Origin: Azolla caroliniana
Taxonomy: Eukaryota > Plantae > Polypodiophyta
Assembly: GCA_043228905.1 (NCBI GenBank)
Contig: JBHGNT010000005.1
Span: 3,782,001-3,846,000, forward strand
Direction of reading: 5' to 3'
Length of the DNA stretch: 64,000 nt
Under the pieces are notes generated by a model that saw only the letters and a program-made list of their open reading frames with translations, searched no databases and was not told the origin of the DNA. The translations under genes were made by a program, and so were the position numbers. Of this stretch, positions 25,801-39,547 are shown piece by piece (within the stretch, counting starts at the first letter, position 1; each line of letters begins with the position of its first letter).

Positions 25801-28800
25801 ACCCCTTTATCTAACCAGGAAACCTTATGTTTTATGTTCGTACATAGCTATTTAGGTTGTGTCTGGACGCGAGGCCATCTGCAAATGCATGGGTCAATCC
25901 CTGCACTATTACCTATTAAGGGTTATTTGTATGCTCTTGAGTGGTCGAAGTATCTTTCCGTAAGAAAAGGTCATATTGTTGGGATAAGGAAACCGTCTTC
26001 CTTGGCATTGAATGATATATATTTGAGAGAGGGAGAGCCTTGCACGATGAATATTTGTGAAGGGGAGAGATGATGCCAATGACATGTTAATATCTATTGG
26101 GAGGGGGGGGGGGGGTGTTGAACCTCGTGCTAGTGTGGGCCCTGGCATACACTAATTTGCCATATCATAAAGAAGGCTTGGGCATTATCATCCTTGTTGG
26201 CTAAATTGGTGATTATAGGACCATTTTTGGCTCAAGAAATCTTGAAGGCTTTCTTGTACGTGACTCTTTTATACTATTCATCTTGCTATGGGGGACATTG
26301 ATCACCTTCTCGTAGATGCTTTTCTTACTCCTCCCCCTCTACCTTCTGTGTTTGCTCAAACCCATTGCTAGAATATTGAGGGATCACGGTGAATGTTGGT
26401 GGCTATCTGGGGACCCTTAATATTAGCCCCGCCTTTCCGTAAATACACTCCTTGATTGGGAGACACCTTCTGCAAGAACAAATTTTAGCCTGAGCGTGAC
26501 TATGATATATTGAAGATTTGCCAGAATGTGTTTTTTTCATGAATATTGGCCATACATATGGGACATGAAGATCTCCCTTGCATGCTGGTCTTCCGGTTGG
26601 AACAACACAATGGTCACTGCCCACTTGTGCATGCCTATGTACTTTATATGAAAGTCTATATTAATATTCAGATTTTCATTAAAGAGATAGATAGATGGAT
26701 GATTAACTTCCGTAGGAGAATAGAAAATAAATTTTACTGTCCATGACGCGGCCAATTTTGACCTATGGGACCAAATCAACATATCATGTTGTATGTGATT
26801 CCTTCCTAAGACGGAGGGTTACTACTCTGTAGTAAAAAATCTTGATGTGTGAAAATAATGCACAGACATTTATGCTCACCCTTCTCAGTGGAAATAGAGA
26901 AGAGAGAACTGATATAATAATGTCCATGTGGACCAACATGATGTTTGGGACCAACAATCGTCATAAAGCACTCTCTTCAGCACTCTCCCCAGCCATGTAG
27001 GTGGGGTATTTTAAAGTGGTTGAAATGGAAAAAAAGTGAAGGTTCATATGAAAAACTAAACAAGCTTGTTTCCTAAATTCACTGTTTGTATATCTTCCAT
27101 GAATTTGGTTGTGGTGAAGTAGATGAGCTGAGAGCAGTCCTAGTTTCGTCAGTGATGATTCCTTCGTTGCTAACAGCTCTTGATAACTAGTAAAAACTTA
27201 TAGAAACTCTTGAAAATCATGCCTGATTTTCTAATATGTGGGGCATTCCAAAGTTACATGTTCTTCCGTTTCTGGTACTTGATGCAAAAAGTCACATATT
27301 TCCTTTTTCTGCTCAATAGTCAGCTAGCCCACAGTTTCTGTTTACAGTTTCTGTGATTATGCGGGCATTATTGTGTTCATCTTGCTCGCGTTGGCATGGG
27401 TAACCAGATGCAAACTCGGGCATCAAACATCTGGCCCCAGTTTCTATGAACAATGTATGTCAGCATGTAGGCATTAGTGTTATGACGAATCTGCTCGCTT
27501 TGGCATGGGTGACCAGATGAAAGCTTCGGCATTAAACATCTGGCATCAGTAATTTTCCCGGTAGAATAGTAATGCAGCTGCAATCATACACAAACTTAGA
27601 TCTAAGTTTGGGCTGTTCCACATTTCGGGTCAGTGTCATCTGGTAAAGTTGTGTCATCTGTTCCACACTTATGCACGAGTTAATAAAAATTATGCTTGTG
27701 GTAGCTTCCATGTGGAAACTAAAAGAGAGAGAGAGAATTGGCCAGACAGATGTAGCTAGGTTATCCTGTGCAGAACAGAAGGTCATGCATTCAACCCCTA
27801 CTTTCCAGTGTCATCTTGTAAATTAGTGGAATAAGGGAGGTTTGAATCTGGGTGCATGTATGGAAAAAATTGCGTACAGCTCCAACAGGAAGAAAAGAAA
27901 AGAAAAGAAAGATGTTTTATACATTCAGGAAGTTGCTATCAAGCGGATGAAAGCAATAATCACGAAGGAGTTTCTTGCAGAAATAAAGGTGCTATGCAAG
28001 TTCCATCACACGAATCTGGTAATTGCATCTGGATCCCATTTGTAATAATAGACCCAACTCGATTCTTTTAAAAAAACAGAAATTAGATTATGATTCAAAT
28101 TTTTTACTTTATATTGTGATGCAGAATGAGCTATATGGTTATTCTTCCTATGGGGATGACTTGTTTGTAGTCTATGAGTATGCGGAACATCGAGCGTTGG
28201 CAGATCGATTGCATGAACCAATGTCAAAAGGTATGGCTATTTAGCGTCTAGTGCAAAGAAACTATTAAAGGTTTAGGGTTCAAATCTCTTGCTATTTCTC
28301 CTCCACAGGATTGACCCCGCTGACGTGGAGTATGAGAGTTCAAATAGCATTGGACACTGCAAAGGGTTTGGAATACATTCATGAGCATACAAAAGAGCAT
28401 TATGTTCACCGTGATGTCAAAACAAGCAACATCCTTCTAGATACTGATTTCCGTGCCAAGGTATTTCTTATCAATGATAGCCCTAGTTTTTTATGCTCAT
28501 ATGATTAAGAAAAATGGCTATGGAGTTCACTCCAGACATGTCATGTATGTATAATTTTGTTCTAATAGGCCACACTAGTATTTAAGAGATAGATGTTAAT
28601 ATGTCTTTCTTTCTATCTTCTTTGTGTGGCTAAGGTTGCAGACTTCGGTCTTGCTAAATTAGTAGAAAAGACTGATGGTGGCGATGCGTCGGTAACAAGA
28701 ATAGTCGGCACTTTTGGTTATCTTGCCCCAGAGTAATGCAAATAAACACTTTCATGCTTCATATTGCTAGTGATATAGAGAACCCTCCAACATATATAGC

Positions 28801-29894
28801 TAAATTATATACGTGTTTTTTTTCCCTCCGAAGTATGTTAAGTACATCTTTGATTGAAAACTATGTTTGACTCACACATTCATGAACCTCAAATTTCTTG
28901 TCGGGTTCCAGGTATAGCCGTGATGGCATAGCCACATCGAAGAGTGATGTATATGCATTTGGTGTGGTCTTGTTTGAGCTAATCACTGGCAAGGAAGCCA
29001 TATCAAAGAGCCGAGTCTCTATCCCTTCGACACCAGAGAGACGTTCACTCATCTCAATAGTAAGAGACTTGTGAATGTGGAGAAATGAGAGGAGTTAGTT
29101 AAATTTTCTTTTCCTGAAATTTGTTTGAGTGGCACTGTTGGGCCGTTCGAATTTGCAAGGAATTTTCTTTAAATTTTATGCCTTTGTGTGAATTGAATAT
29201 ATGCAGGTGTCAAGAGCTCTTAGGGATTGTCCTAACTCTATAGAGATGGGCCGGCTCCGGGAAGTCATTGATCCAATCCTGAACGACCTTTTCCCACCTG
29301 ATTGTCTCTACAAGGTGGGGATTGAGTAGTATGTATTCACTTGTGTTTTGCATGTGATACTGCTAATGTCGGACATGGTTATTAAAGTTTTTTCATATGG
29401 TTTTGATAACTTCCCACATGATTTTGATGCAAAACTTGTTTTGTTTTGATGGATTTTCCTAGTTTCCCATACTGCTGATGTAAATTGTAGGTTTTTGATA
29501 GTTTTAACTTTTTCCCATATGATTTTGATGTCAAAGACTGATTTTCTTATTTCTTTTGGATTTGGGATACGTCCCGCATGAGTTTGATAAAAACGTTTTT
29601 CTTTATGCCGTCGATTTCGTACAAATTTGATTACGACTTTTATTTGTTTAGTTTCTGTGGCAACCTTGTTGCTATGGAATTTTGTTTTATTTGTTTGGTT
29701 ATTTAAAAAATTGTAATGACAAATGGCAGATGGCGAAACTAGGGCAAGCATGTGTGGAGGAAGACCCCATCCTAAGGCCTGACATGAGATATGTGGTGTT
29801 TACGCTGTCTCAGATCCTTCTGTCATCGATTCAATGGGAAGCTACACTGGGAGGGAGTAGCCAAATCTTCAGTGGACTTGTACAAGGAAGATGA
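22882..29894 (+). CDS. LYK3: LysM-domain receptor-like kinase, AtLYK3-like (671 aa)
   Basis: Exons 22882-23533, 24541-24603, 25019-25306 (GC donor), 25410-25555, 27929-28018, 28125-28230, 28309-28460, 28635-28732, 28912-29059, 29207-29314, 29730-29894 sum to 2016 nt. Signal peptide, CxC spacers (NCSC, LCGC), LysM ([20 protein letters not shown]), TM helix, intact kinase ([30 protein letters not shown]). C-terminus [11 protein letters not shown] is typical of the LYK3 clade. Confidence 0.9.
27381..27545. repeat. Imperfect ~55-bp direct repeat in LysM-RLK intron 4
   Basis: tgctcgc(g/t)ttggcatgggt(a/g)accagatg..ggcat(c/t)aaacatctggc at ~27383 and ~27492. Confidence 0.75.
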
Positions 29895-30361
29895 ATACAA
29901 ACCATACATGAATTTCAAAACAAACAAAACCTCAATTGTTGTTTGTCACTTGTTGTACACTACTTACCACCAAGAAGAGTACCTGAAAAAGCACACCACT
30001 TTCTTTGTATTCTAAAAGTACTTACATAATAGGCATCATTAATGGAATTTCAAATTCGTTCAATTAATCATTAGCTTTCACTCTTTAAGTACTTGTATCA
30101 AGTGTGTCCTATTAAGGCCCAATTAGTGTGTGTTTTGTGCCGTTGACACTCTTTTATAGAAGTCTATTGACTAATTATCAATTTTTATTACATTTCTTGT
30201 TTAGATTCGAATTGAGAGTGGTTAAGGTAGCATTCCCTTTAATGATTAATACCAATGCTCTTAGACATAGGAGTCATTGCTAATCAATCCTACTTGTGTC
30301 ACCAATATTTGAGTAAATGCTAATTTATCTTGGAAGAACAACTTTGGTGTATACGTATAAC

Positions 30362-30797
30362 TAAAAATCGGCAACGGTTTGGTTTGGTTCGAGAGTGTCA
30401 AAGTCGAACCGTTTAAAAATGATATGTTTAAATTTTTTGAAACTTAAACCAAACAAAACCGAACCACAAAATCGTTTTAACTAGGTACAAAAAATTCAAG
30501 CTCAAACCAAATAGTTTTAGAGACTTTCAAACCTTTAAATTGTTAAATCGTTAAAACCACGGTTTTGCGGTTTAGTTTTGGTTTTCAAGTTAGGTCAAAA
30601 TTCAAAATTTTAGATTTTAATTTAAAAACCGTTTGAACTGTTTAAATTGATAAAGGCTCGAATTGAACCTAATCGAACCGGTAAACCCAAAAACCGAACC
30701 ATTTACAAAAACCTAAACTTGAACCGAATAGTTTCAATCATTAAGCCACAATTTTGCGGTTCGGTTCGGTTCAAACTGAACCGTTGAGTGATGTTGT
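30362..30797. mobile_element. Degenerate hAT-type MITE rich in GGTTC/GAACC motifs
   Basis: Left end aatcggcaacggtt and right end aaccgttg resemble the TIRs of the element at 51539-51794; many internal aaccg/cggtt motifs. No clean TSD. Confidence 0.6.
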
Positions 30798-30819
30798 CAA
30801 AAACTGATGTACATCATCG

Positions 30820-31920
30820 CGCCTTCCAAATTACCAACACAAGAGTAGATGAAATTGTCTTCCAAATAATATCATCCCTAAATTGCAAACTATCAATTAG
30901 AAAAGGTTGAACCATTTGTATATGAAGAGAAACTATGTGAAAGGCTTCCACTATATCCTCCTTTTCATATAACAACAGTTATCCCTCTAGAATGCTCCAC
31001 CTAACTGCACCCCAAGTGATCACACAATTAGCATGTATCAATCAACAACCTTAATACTCTCTTCCATACTTGCATAATTTTAGGACAAGACTAGAATACA
31101 AGCTTAATTGATTCCATCATACATCCACACGACTTACTATGCAGTTGTCGTAACCAAGCACGAACCAACAGTGCAGAATGGATCAATAACCATCGAAAAA
31201 GTACAATCTTCCTAGGAATTTGCATACTCCATAACCACTTCCAATATTTAGATGCATCCATTAAAGAGGTCCCATTCGCCAACCACACTTTCATAGCAGA
31301 TGGCGGATGTAATTTCCTACTTAAGAGCAACTTTCGTTCCAACTTTACATAATATTGAAAAAACTGAATAAATATAGTATGAGACAAAGGATTTGTATGT
31401 TTCCAAAGACAATATGATGGATCCCAATGCAAGTCCAACAACAACTTTTTTTTAAATACCCATAGTTGGCAAAATAACATAGTATTCAAAGGAGAAGGAT
31501 CTAAAATCCACCTTTTACCAAATTTACCAATCACTCTCACCAGATGTTGCAATGTCGTTTGCCAAATTGATGATTCCACATCAGTTTGGCATAATCTTCC
31601 TTCCTCAGATACATCAAAATAGTAAGAATCTCCTTGAGACATTGTTCCTTTTACTCCTATCATAACACCAACCAAAGTAAAATATCCAAACCAAACATGC
31701 ACAAAAGAAGGTGACCAATTAGAGAGAAAATTCCCTAAAGATAACTGAATTGCATCAAACATAGCTCTAAAACCCCTACACCTGGTAGCATTAAGATGAC
31801 AAGATGAGAATTATTAAGATGACAAACATAATTTCCCCAAGAGGCTACTGTGGTAGCTATACCATTATCCAACTCAGCCCATTGTAATCGTAGTCGGTTT
31901 CCAAGCAATATCACAAGTTA
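30820..31920 (-). mobile_element. Degenerate L1-type LINE ORF2 internal fragment
   Basis: ORF 31091-31762 (WILDPSP..LHWDPS..FFQYYVKLERK..YWKWLWSMQIPRKIVLFRWLLIHSAL) is homologous to the pre-zf-RVT region of ORF2 at 42370-46710. Confidence 0.8.
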
Positions 31921-32428
31921 TGGTTCGGTTTCATATATGGCTTCCTTTATTTAGTATTGATGATGAAAGAAACATGTGCTTGGATGTGTGGTATACTTAA
32001 TTTTTGCATTGCAATATGTCACATCTCGACAATAGTACTACAAATTGGATCAAACCTTAACATATTGGGGGTAGCCATAAATTATGCATATAGGGGAATA
32101 ATGGTTAGTTCTCTTATTGTGGATTTATATCTTAGGATTGCAATGAATGGGAAGAGAGCTTGTGGACAAATAGGTATTTTAAAATAACATAGCAACTTGC
32201 CATCTCAACATTGGTTGTTTGTCAGTATTAGTGTTACTTTTTCTTGTAGTTAGGTGAATGACACTTTAGATATGGAATGTAGGTACAATTCATGGAAAAA
32301 GCAACCCTGGCCAAAGCATACTGCATTGACACATTATTCCCCCAATCAAGAGCAAGAGAATGAGGACTACTTCACCTACAAATGTGAAGCATATATCAAC
32401 AAACATGTTTCTAAACTATTCTCTCAAG

Positions 32429-32696
32429 CATAGTATGAACCATACGTACCATACGTGCATCCGCATCCGCAAATGATTGAACCATTCGTGTAAGAAAAAC
32501 ACCCTCAAAGAATGATAAATACCATACTTCTGGATTAACTATTTATTATGAGGTAAATAAGCCTAACAAATGGAAAAAAACAATAAAAAAACATTTAAAA
32601 AATGGGAAAAAAACATAAGAATGTTTGAATAACATTCGCATTCGTTTTCCAACGTAGGAAAATGAATGTTATTCTAGACGAATTTTACGTACTATG
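32429..32696. mobile_element. hAT-type MITE with 8-bp TSD
   Basis: TIRs catagtatg / cgtactatg; perfect TSD ctctcaag at 32421-32428 and 32697-32704. Confidence 0.8.
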
Positions 32697-32986
32697 CTCT
32701 CAAGTAATGGAGTGAAATGCACATGCCAAATGTCACACATTCGACACTCAATATTTATTGAGAAATTCTTGTATTTCCTTTTTGGTGGATGCATTCTTTT
32801 GGACTCCATGTCTCAAGTAATAATTACATTGCTTTCTTATAGAATTCTAGAGTCTAGATTTAAATGACATGAAGGTTATAAAAAAATCATCTAGCACATG
32901 ATGTAATCATGATATAATATCATATAAGAAAAGTACTTAGATTATCAATTTATACACATTTTCTCTAATATTGATATACTCTTACA

Positions 32987-33224
32987 TTTTCAGCGTCTGG
33001 TCCTAAATGGAATTACCAAGCACCAAGATGGCTGTTTCCGCCATTGGCTTCGTTGTGAATATGTGGTCACCATGGTGGTCACTATGTGAAAAGAGGCAGT
33101 GGGTTACTCTTGTTGTAAATAGTTAGGTGAGGATTATGCTGTTTTGATTATGGCTGTTCTTCGATGTAATTCTTTTGCTAACTAATGGGAAGTAGTGTTT
33201 TTTTTGGAAAAAAAAAATAAAAAA
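32987..33224 (+). mobile_element. 5'-truncated LINE (third family) with poly(A) and 20-bp TSD
   Basis: Encodes ORF2-like C-terminus GPKWNYQAPRWLFPPLASL*; ends T9-GG-poly(A). TSD aatattgatatactcttaca at 32967-32986 and 33225-33244. Confidence 0.85.
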
Positions 33225-34361
33225 AATATTGATATACTCTTACAATCCTATGAAAAAAATTGATTCCTTGGCATTGTGGCCCCTTTCATGAAGTGTCGGG
33301 ATTGCTATTGTGTTGTATATTGTTCATTCATAGATTAATTCATACACACTATTCATTAATAGATTAAAATGGTCCACATCATTAAGACAATTGCTTGTGG
33401 ACAATTCTCATAAGCATTTATGGCCATGTTGGAAACCCCCTTTTCTCTTCATTTTTACAATATATCTAAACATTTTTGCCCAATATGGGGGTAACCCTTT
33501 TATCTAGAATCCTTACATTGTAAGTGAAATTGTTTTAGCCATTGGGTTTAAAACAAGGCCCTTGGGCCTTAGCTATACATTTCATAATGATATCTCCAAA
33601 AGTACGTGTCTGATTCTTACTTGTTTTTATGATGATGATCACCATTTGATAGGCATTTATGTTCTATGTCATCATCACTCTTTGTGCTCATTCTTGTTTT
33701 CGTAACCATTCTCCTTGGACTCTCGTATCGTCCTAATTCATCTACCAAAATGTGGCATCCTTCTATGCAACTTACCAATTATAGTTATAGATGGTGGTCA
33801 CAAATTATTCCTCGTACCACATGTTCACCCCTAAAAAAGTAGTGAGTGTAGCTAGGAAGTGTGGTTGTACCCCCTATGTTTTTGTTGTCGGTTCTTATCC
33901 ACTTGATTTTGACAATCACAACGACTATCTTGCTCTCCAATTTGAACTTAAAAAATGGGCTTAGGCCAAAAGGACAATAACAAATTAAATAGTATAAGCT
34001 CTTGTCCCATTAGATAAATTAATTTAAACAAATAACAAATCAGATTTGATTACTTGGCAACCACACCACTTCATTTGCATGGTAGCAGTAGCTTTATTTA
34101 TTAGTAATGAGTTCGAGTGTTTTTAAACTGTGGTGAACTTTGTACATTAAGAATTGTAACAAAATTCTTTATTATTCGAACTTTGTACTTATTCGTTAGG
34201 TCATCACATTGCATCTAAAGGTATATGACATTGACATTTATGGAAACCTAATACCTTTGCAATAAAAGAATTGGTTGAGATGTTGAAAATCAAGTTACTT
34301 CTCAACCAATTCTTGAAGTATTGCAGTATTGAAGTATTGACAACTGAATTGAAGGTTTTCT

Positions 34362-34985
34362 GGAGTGTAGTATTCTTGAACATCAATATTCCATAGTGGG
34401 ACACATAAATATATCTTCTATGGTTAATTTGTAAATGATTTAAAGTGGAATCCCCTCAAGGCTCTATGTTCATAAAAACCAACAGAAGTAGATTATGTTT
34501 TAACTTCTATTAGTATGTTAATCCAAAAAAAGGGTCTTTATGGTTTAAGATGCTTTTGCCCTTGAGTTCAAGATATAAGTGATGACAACCAAAGTAAAGG
34601 TAGTCCTCTTCCACCTCAATATTCCATAGTGAGACAAATATGAATATACCTTCTATGGTCAATTTGCAAATTATTTACAATGGTATCCCCTCAAGGCTCC
34701 ATGTTCATAAAAGGACTGACAAAAGTAGATTTACGGTTTAAGATGTTTTTGCCCTTGAGCTCAAGATTGAAGTAATGACAATTGAAGTAAAGGTTTCCTT
34801 GAGTGTAGTATTCATGCACATCAATATCCAATAGTGGGACACATATGAATATATCTTCTATGATCAATATGTAAATTATTTACAATGATATATCCTAAAG
34901 GCTCCATGTTCCTGAAAGGAGCAACAAAACTAGATTATGTTTTAGCTTCTAGTAGTACGTTAATCCAGAAAAGGGGTTTTATGGT
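34362..34985. repeat. Degenerate tandem triplication (~200-240 bp units)
   Basis: caatattccatagtgggacac..atatcttctatggt..ccctcaaggctccatgttcataa recurs at ~34384, ~34617 and ~34822. Confidence 0.8.
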
Positions 34986-35129
34986 TGACTAAAAGTTGGC
35001 CACCAGTAAAAATTTTCAGGACTTGGGTGGGTTTTAGAGATAGTCCAATAAAAGAAAAAACAAATGATATGTTATATTCAATGTAAGGATAATACTCTTT
35101 GTGAGCTTACCAAAAGGGTAATCCATATC

Positions 35130-35397
35130 AATTAGCTCCATTGCACGATTTTTATTTTACTATGTAGATAATAAAGCCTAGATTAGATTGATAACCTAAT
35201 TGATGAAATGAATAGTGCAAATGTTGTGGGTTTAGCGTTCGCTTCGAAATTGATTTTTTTAACAATTAGTTCCATTGCACGATTTTTATTTTATTATGTA
35301 GATAATAGAGCCTAGGTTAGATTGATGACCTAATTGAAGAAATGAATAATGCAGATGTTGTGTGTTTAGTGTTCATTTTGAAATTGATTTTTTTAAT
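35130..35397. repeat. Tandem duplication (~134 bp)
   Basis: aattag(c/t)tccattgcacgatttttatttta..gaaattgattttttt occurs twice. Confidence 0.85.
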
Positions 35398-35975
35398 ATT
35401 GAAATGTTTTCAAGCAACTAGTTTAGGATTGAAAACAATGTGTGGTCCTTAGGGAAAGGAGTAATTGTACTATTGATTGCAATCCTTTGAAATTGACTAC
35501 ATAATGCAAGTTTGAGGATTGTTTTGCTTGTTAAAAAAATTGTTTCATGTAGATGTATGTACTTGACAATCTAAAAATAAATTTGATATGGAGAAGCTTG
35601 TTGACAATTATACTCAAAGGCTCTTTGTTAAGGTGGTTCACGTAAATTTTAGTTTTTCTGCACTTCCTATGGAATGCTTCTATTATTTCACAAACATATA
35701 TTAGTGCACCTATGGTGACCCTTTATACAACTTTACATGGTCATTAGAAGCCATAGGTTGGTAAATTCTTATCCCTTGCACATAATGACTCATCTTGCAG
35801 TAAGCAATACATATATAATGTGTTTGTCATATTTATAATGAAACATATATCACACATACAAACAAGAGTGTGGGCACACACACATTATGGCCATACAACC
35901 ATTCATATTTTGTGAGTGAGCTTACAAATAGAAGTCAAGTTCTTGCATATATGCCTCAATTTGCCCTATAAATTA

Positions 35976-36626
35976 ATACCAGTTAATGGGTGGCGAAAAG
36001 GAAATGTAGACAAGATGTGGCCTTTTCTGTATAGATGTAATAGAGACTGCTAAACATTGTTTGTGAAGTTGTGGTTTTGCTCTGGACATATGGAAACGAA
36101 TCATAAAATTATTAACTCCAGTATATCCTACAATAGTGTATACATGGGTTGGAGATGCTATTGTGATGAAACATGGTTTGATGGGAAAAAAATTGATGAC
36201 TCTAAATCCACAAATACAAACGGATAAACCTCAAATATGGCAATTGGTAAGTAGTATTGCAATTTGGTATATTTGGAAGGGTCGATGTTTGAAGATATTT
36301 CAAAGTGTGACTGAAAGACTTGCCCAAAGAATTTCGGGAAATTGGATAGAGATTGTGCATAATCTCAAAGGGTTTTTGGATAGTATAAAATGTAATACGC
36401 ATCAAGCGGAGCTTAAGCGCTTGGAGTTTCATGCCATTTGGGATATAAGCATATTCTATAGATGGCTTTTTGATAAGGTGGAGTGGTTCTACTCAACACC
36501 AAAGTATTTATTTAAGCCGACGGTTAGAATTTAGAAAAACATAGGGGATCGATGGTACATCTTGTATGTTTAGCCTTATGGTGTTTTCTAATACTAATGT
36601 AGTATCTTTTTTGGGAAAAAAAAAAA
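35976..36626 (+). mobile_element. 5'-truncated, internally deleted copy of the 42-48 kb LINE family
   Basis: NPQIQTDKPQIWQLVSSIAIWYIWKGRC..VEWFYSTPKYLFKPTVRI is nearly identical to the ORF2 C-terminus; same 3' UTR and poly(A). Confidence 0.9.
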
Positions 36627-37065
36627 GCTCTATTAATGAAAATAAGTGTACTTGGTAACCCCTAGAGACATTCATATGAGGCACTAATGAGTATGTTTAA
36701 CGTTTTTTGCATTTCTATGAGGATTTCTAGCATGCAATTAGGATTCATATTTGATATACATATACAAATGATGAAAGAGTGACCCAATTTCCAAAGTTTT
36801 GTAGCATAAGATATTATAGTCACTAGTCTAGTGTACATACAACCAAATTGTAGTAGAAAAGAGTACATGTTACATTCATTAACTTGTTGTAAAAAACAAG
36901 TTTGACGGTTCTTATTTATTTACATGCTACAAACATAAATAAATACCTTTGAAATTTGGGGTCTAGAAATGACTCAGATCTCTCCTAGTGTGGTCCATGT
37001 GACATATAATGAATGTATTACACCAAGTTATAAATTTATGCTCTAGTATAATATTTTGATGGTCA

Positions 37066-38691
37066 CTAAAGCTCGGGGTCTATTCTGCTCACTGGTTTAT
37101 TGCTTAGATCATCATTCTCACCGGACAAATCTTCAAGGGATATACCCTTAGTTTCTGGCACAAGGAAAGTGAAGACTACACCTAATGCATTTGCACAAGC
37201 CAAGATGATAAGACTACCTCGCACACCTATACCAGTGGGGTACCCTTCATCTTGTTTCCCTTCTTCCGAACTTTGTGAAGCATACAAAAACCCAAAGGTA
37301 CCAATGATTGCACCAAGCTTTCCCGCGGCTGCCGAAATACCGTGACACGTCGACCGGAGCCTTGCGGGGAAGATCTCCGCGGGCACGATGAAGGTCGTAC
37401 TATTTGGCCCGAAGTTCGCGAAAAAGAACGTAAAAGCATATAACACAATGAAGGTCATGTGGTGTCCGTTGCAGTAGCCCGAGTCACAAGGCGTTCCGCG
37501 GAGATCATAGTATGGAATCGAGAGACCGAACATGAAGGCGGTCATCATTATAAAGCCCATGAGTTGGATGAAGAAACGGCCGAGGTAATCGATCGTGGCC
37601 ACGGTGAACCAATAACCGGGCACGGTCGAGCAGAGGGCGATAAGTGCTTGGGCCCGCGAGATTTTGTACACTTCTTCCAACGCGCTCATCTTTGTACCGC
37701 TAGGCAACCAGCCTACCGCGGTGAAGATGTCTTTCTGGAACAAGTTTTGGCTATAGAAGGCGACGTCCAGAAGGAACCATGTGGTGGTTGTCCCTAGCAA
37801 GTGTAGCCCATGTCTTCTCAAGAAGAGCATGGACAAGAGAGGGTAGGACTCGGACGACACGATCTTGTCGACCTTGTCTTGCTCGTCGGTCGGGAACGGG
37901 ACAGCCATGACTTTGGTCATGTCGGCCGCGGCTTGTTTCGCATTGCCTTCCACTAGGGCCGTGTACCGCGCGGTCTCCGGCATCTTCATGCGCCAATAGT
38001 AGGTGAGGGCTGCGGGAACCGCCCCTAGCATAAATATGATCCTCCACACGAAGTCGGCCTCGGGCGGGGTGGATCCCACGGGGTCCTCGCTAAATGGCGG
38101 GGTGCTATTCGCATTGTTGAATGCAGCGGACACAATGATGGACACAGCAGCCCCCCCGAGGATCCCGAACCCTTGCATCGCGAACACCGCGGCGATGAAT
38201 GCCCCGCGTGTCTTCTTGTTCGCGTACTCCGACATTATTGTGGCCGATAGCGGGTAGTCCCCCCCGATCCCGAACCCGAGCCAAAACCGGAAGAAGCACA
38301 ATGTTGTCATCACCGACTTGGCCGTGTTCCCGAACGAGAGCCCGCATGCGATCGAGCTCACGATCATGATCATGAGCGTTATCCCGTACACCTTCTTCCG
38401 ACCGAGCTTGTCCCCTAGCCATCCGAAGAAGAGCTACCCGAGCAACGTCCCGCATAGTGCGACCCCTACCACGGACGAGTAGACCGCGGGGGGGAGAACA
38501 CCCGGTTTATTGGGAACCCCCGGGTTGTAGTAGTAAATCCGGCCGAGTAACTTTGTGACGGTCGAGATGCAGAAGAGGTCATATGCGTCAGTAAAGAAGC
38601 CCATCCCCGCGATCACGATCGCCGTGAAATGGTACCATTGTGTCTTGGCCTTGTCTAAGGCTGCTAGAACCGCTAGCTCCTCTCTAGCCAT
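37066..38691 (-). pseudogene. PHT1: PHT1-family high-affinity phosphate transporter, intronless, interrupted by a single in-frame TAG (38434-38436)
   Basis: ORFs 38434-38691 and 37066-38391 are one frame: [75 protein letters not shown] (PHT1 signature)..[36 protein letters not shown]. 541 codons before the terminal stop. Family call is secure; pseudogene status is not. Confidence 0.85.
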
Positions 38692-39010
38692 TGGTTGATG
38701 AGTTCACTCCCTAGTTAAGAAGAGCTCACCAACAAAATTCTATAGAATAATGAGCTCCAAGAGTGTGTCTATATATGTTATATGGTGTGAAAATGGCAAT
38801 AGATGGTAGAGATAACTTAAGAACTCATGTAGAGGTGGATAAGGAAAATACATACACAAGATGTTGAGTCTCTTAAGTTCTTTAGGTTGAACAAATAAAG
38901 CTATCCCCACTTTAGTATGATGAGAGTGAGCAAGGAATGCAAGATAGAAAGATGATCTAAGATACTTTCATAAGGAGATGTATATATAAGTAAGTAGGTG
39001 TATGTGTATG

Positions 39011-39041
<31 letters not shown>

Positions 39042-39531
39042 AAGTGTGCATGTGTATATGTTTACCTACACTTGTAGCCTTAAAATATTCTGGCCCGTTT
39101 CCCGACTGTCCTGGACTTTTCTTCACCCGTATGCATCTTTATCAACTGAGTGCCAGATGGGCCTTTCCTCCCTCAACCCCTCCCCTCCCTTCATTCAATA
39201 TCTTTGCTTGACTTTTGTCCCTCCGACATCCTTATCACTTTTTGTTTCCTTTTTCTTCACCCTTTCTCTAGACTTGACTTATGTGACCCTAAAGCCAATA
39301 CATATTTCACACTTCAAAAACTTTGAAAAACAAAAGAACATATTTCTTTGACCATTTCTATTAAACTTTTATTGTCACTCGTATCCAGGATTGGGTATAA
39401 GTTATAATAATCAACGTCACACAAAATAATGCCGAATAATCCTATTGCTTCACATGGAACAAATGGTCATCAATCATTTGCCTACGAAACATGTATTCGG
39501 ATTGTTCACCTTTATCATTTGGGTTGGCAAT

Positions 39532-39547
39532 GAGGGAATATTCCCTC
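39532..39547. promoter_or_regulatory. P1BS (PHR1-binding) element GAATATTC within a 16-bp perfect palindrome
   Basis: gagggaatattccctc; core GNATATNC at 39536-39543, ~845 bp upstream of the PHT1 ATG. Confidence 0.6.

Noticed and set aside
25790-26825. Compositionally distinct block in LysM-RLK intron 4, possibly a TE
   Set aside because: No matching termini, TSD or coding motif that I could verify.
27135-27195. Intronic TGATGA suggesting a C/D-box snoRNA
   Set aside because: No matching CTGA D box at a suitable distance and no recognisable rRNA guide.
37100-38455. Several overlapping 70-116 aa ORFs within PHT1
   Set aside because: By-products of GC-rich codon usage, which leaves few stops in alternative frames.
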